Positions 62,181-64,000 of a stretch of 64,000 nucleotides of DNA are shown piece after piece. The DNA comes from Antedon mediterranea. Lineage: Eukaryota > Animalia > Echinodermata. The stretch is taken from the NCBI RefSeq assembly GCF_964355755.1, contig NC_092675.1:31480912-31544911 (forward strand), written 5' to 3'. The position numbers and the translations under genes are program-made. Each line of letters starts with the position of its first letter. Position 1 is the stretch's first letter. The notes under the pieces are model-generated. The model saw only the letters and a program-made list of their open reading frames with translations. It was not told the DNA's origin and did no database searches.

Positions 62181-64000
62181 CTATGCCAACGTTTCTGTAT
62201 TTTCATCAGATGCTGAATAATCTTCGTGTGTTTGGCTGTCCAGATTCTTGATTCTGTTATCTCTTGGAATCTTCCAAAGCTGTAATTCAAATTCAGAAGT
62301 AGGCCCTACATTAAGGATGTATTTTGGTTGTTTAAATAATGTAGAAACAAATTAACGAGAAACCGGGATATCTATAGCATTTAGTATTTATTATTTTTTA
62401 TAAAACTGAAATCTTACCTTAACAGAAAAGAAGAAGAAACATGCAAAAATAGCACCCAACACCTTCAAAGCCACAAAAGTACCAATGAAGCCAAAACGAT
62501 ATTGTTCAAGATCGTATATTAGACATGCACCATTTCCAGCATCTGTTTCTTGACGATATAAACATGTGGAAGAAATAGCGGCACCAAAGTATAGGCTAGC
62601 AGGTAAGAAACCTATAATATACAAATCAATAAGTTAAGGCGCATAGTTACAATTCGTTTATAGGCCTAGGCTATTTCATACCGTAAGAATCATCTTTCAA
62701 ATACGATAATTTAAACAGATACGGTCATTACCTAGTGCTCTTACTACAAGACTCTGGTAACCCATCGCCATACCTCTGTCCTCGTCATTTACGGATCTAA
62801 ATACAAAACAGAAATTAGAGCAAAGGCTGCAGTATTTTCAAGGAATATAAACAGACGAAAAGATGAACATTCGGTGATGAATCGATAAAAAAGCTCCTAC
62901 CAAAGGGAAAAGACTTATTGTCAAAGGTTGGGACCCCGATAAGACCGACCCCCCATCCCTATATCTTATAAATAGTTAATAACAATTACATTATTAAGTA
63001 ATACCTTATACCTTAATGTTGCCATCAGGCATGGATTTGTTCTCATACTGGCAAACGTTGAAATTATCGCAACAAATAGAGCAAATACAAATGTTTTATC
63101 ACAAACAAAATTGCATACGCCCTCAGTAGCCGCAGGAAAGTCACTGTCCGTGTAAGATTGACCAATGCATGCACAGTCCGAAAAATTCTGTTAAATATAC
63201 AAACATTAAAACAAACAATATATATTCTTTGTTAGCTTTATTCTATATATGCCTATATCATCTAATAAATGTTTAAAAACAAATTGTACCACATCTAAAC
63301 TCTAAAATTACCACTTAGATAATTTTTTTTTTTAATCACTCAGTCAAATATTGACAATAACTTTGATACCATTTTATTGTTATCAATATCATTGTGCCGT
63401 GTAGTACATCCTGCATGGCACGGGGATAGATACGTTACACCATCTGCGCCACAAACAGGTTCGTAAACACCGTTAGAACATGAGCAGTGCTGATTGCAGG
63501 CACCAGCAGCAACTGGTAAACTTCTGCTAAGGATGAAACAAAACTAATTAGGTGATCTTTTTTAAAAAGATTTGCTTTAAATATTTGTATTGAAGTTTTA
63601 TAATACCACTACTTATTTTCACATTTAAATTGCAGAGGTCTGTATTTTTATATTAATAATAAGTAATTTTTATACCAATGATTTTGATTGATGATGAAAC
63701 TCTAAACAGTTATTATTGTTTTTGAAGCCAATGAGTAGATATAAACTTTTTTAGATGTTTTTCATTGCAGTATATCTCGAAATCTTATCTTACGAAAAGT
63801 AAGGTTGTAGAATCTCAACCGTATTAGAAATAGTAAACTGTTTAGGCGAGTCGAGAATGTGGTACTTACAATTGTTGGTGATTTTCATAGTGAACAGTTA
63901 CACCAGCTATTTCAGGATTGGTACATCCAATAAAGAGTACAGGAATTGACAAACACGCCGCCGTCAAACAAATGCTTACTACCATGATAGATAAGCCACG
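62181..64000 (-). CDS. Solute carrier organic anion transporter (OATP/SLCO family), 3' six exons; gene continues beyond the window
   Basis: Exons at about 63870-64000 (IGCTNPEIAGVTVHY), 63371-63526 (Kazal CNQHCSC..YEPVCGADGVTYLSPCHAGC), 63012-63187 (NFSDCACI), 62732-62796 (RSVNDEDRGMAMG), 62418-62611 (GFLPASLYFG..STCL..GACLIYD) and 62181-62279 (stop TAG). Confidence 0.93.

Overview
AT-rich, intron-rich animal genomic DNA, not prokaryotic. Gene content and intron style suggest an invertebrate deuterostome such as an echinoderm (inference). Eight spliced protein-coding genes were reconstructed by hand from GT-AG exons: RPL37 (-), FBXO4 (+), SPTLC1 (-), a Cys-type ER glutathione peroxidase GPX7/8 (-), CDC20 (+), FREM1-like (-), RICTOR (-) and the 3' part of an SLCO/OATP transporter (-). 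Introns carry many mobile elements: a 5'-truncated Penelope retroelement with inverted hammerhead-like pLTRs, several non-autonomous TIR families with TSDs, a Helentron-type HINE and minisatellites. Most notable observations: (1) five tandem duplications straddle splice junctions, three creating 2-4 identical 3' splice sites of which only the most downstream keeps the ORF open; (2) a palindrome-of-palindromes in the GPX7 intron has four insertions, all in one arm; (3) a GPX7/CDC20 divergent promoter carries tandem CDE-CHR, CCAAT and MYB sites and echoes the vertebrate GPX8/CDC20B linkage; (4) RICTOR has a candidate alternative first coding exon. Coordinates were read by eye and may be off by a few bases. 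No database search was run.
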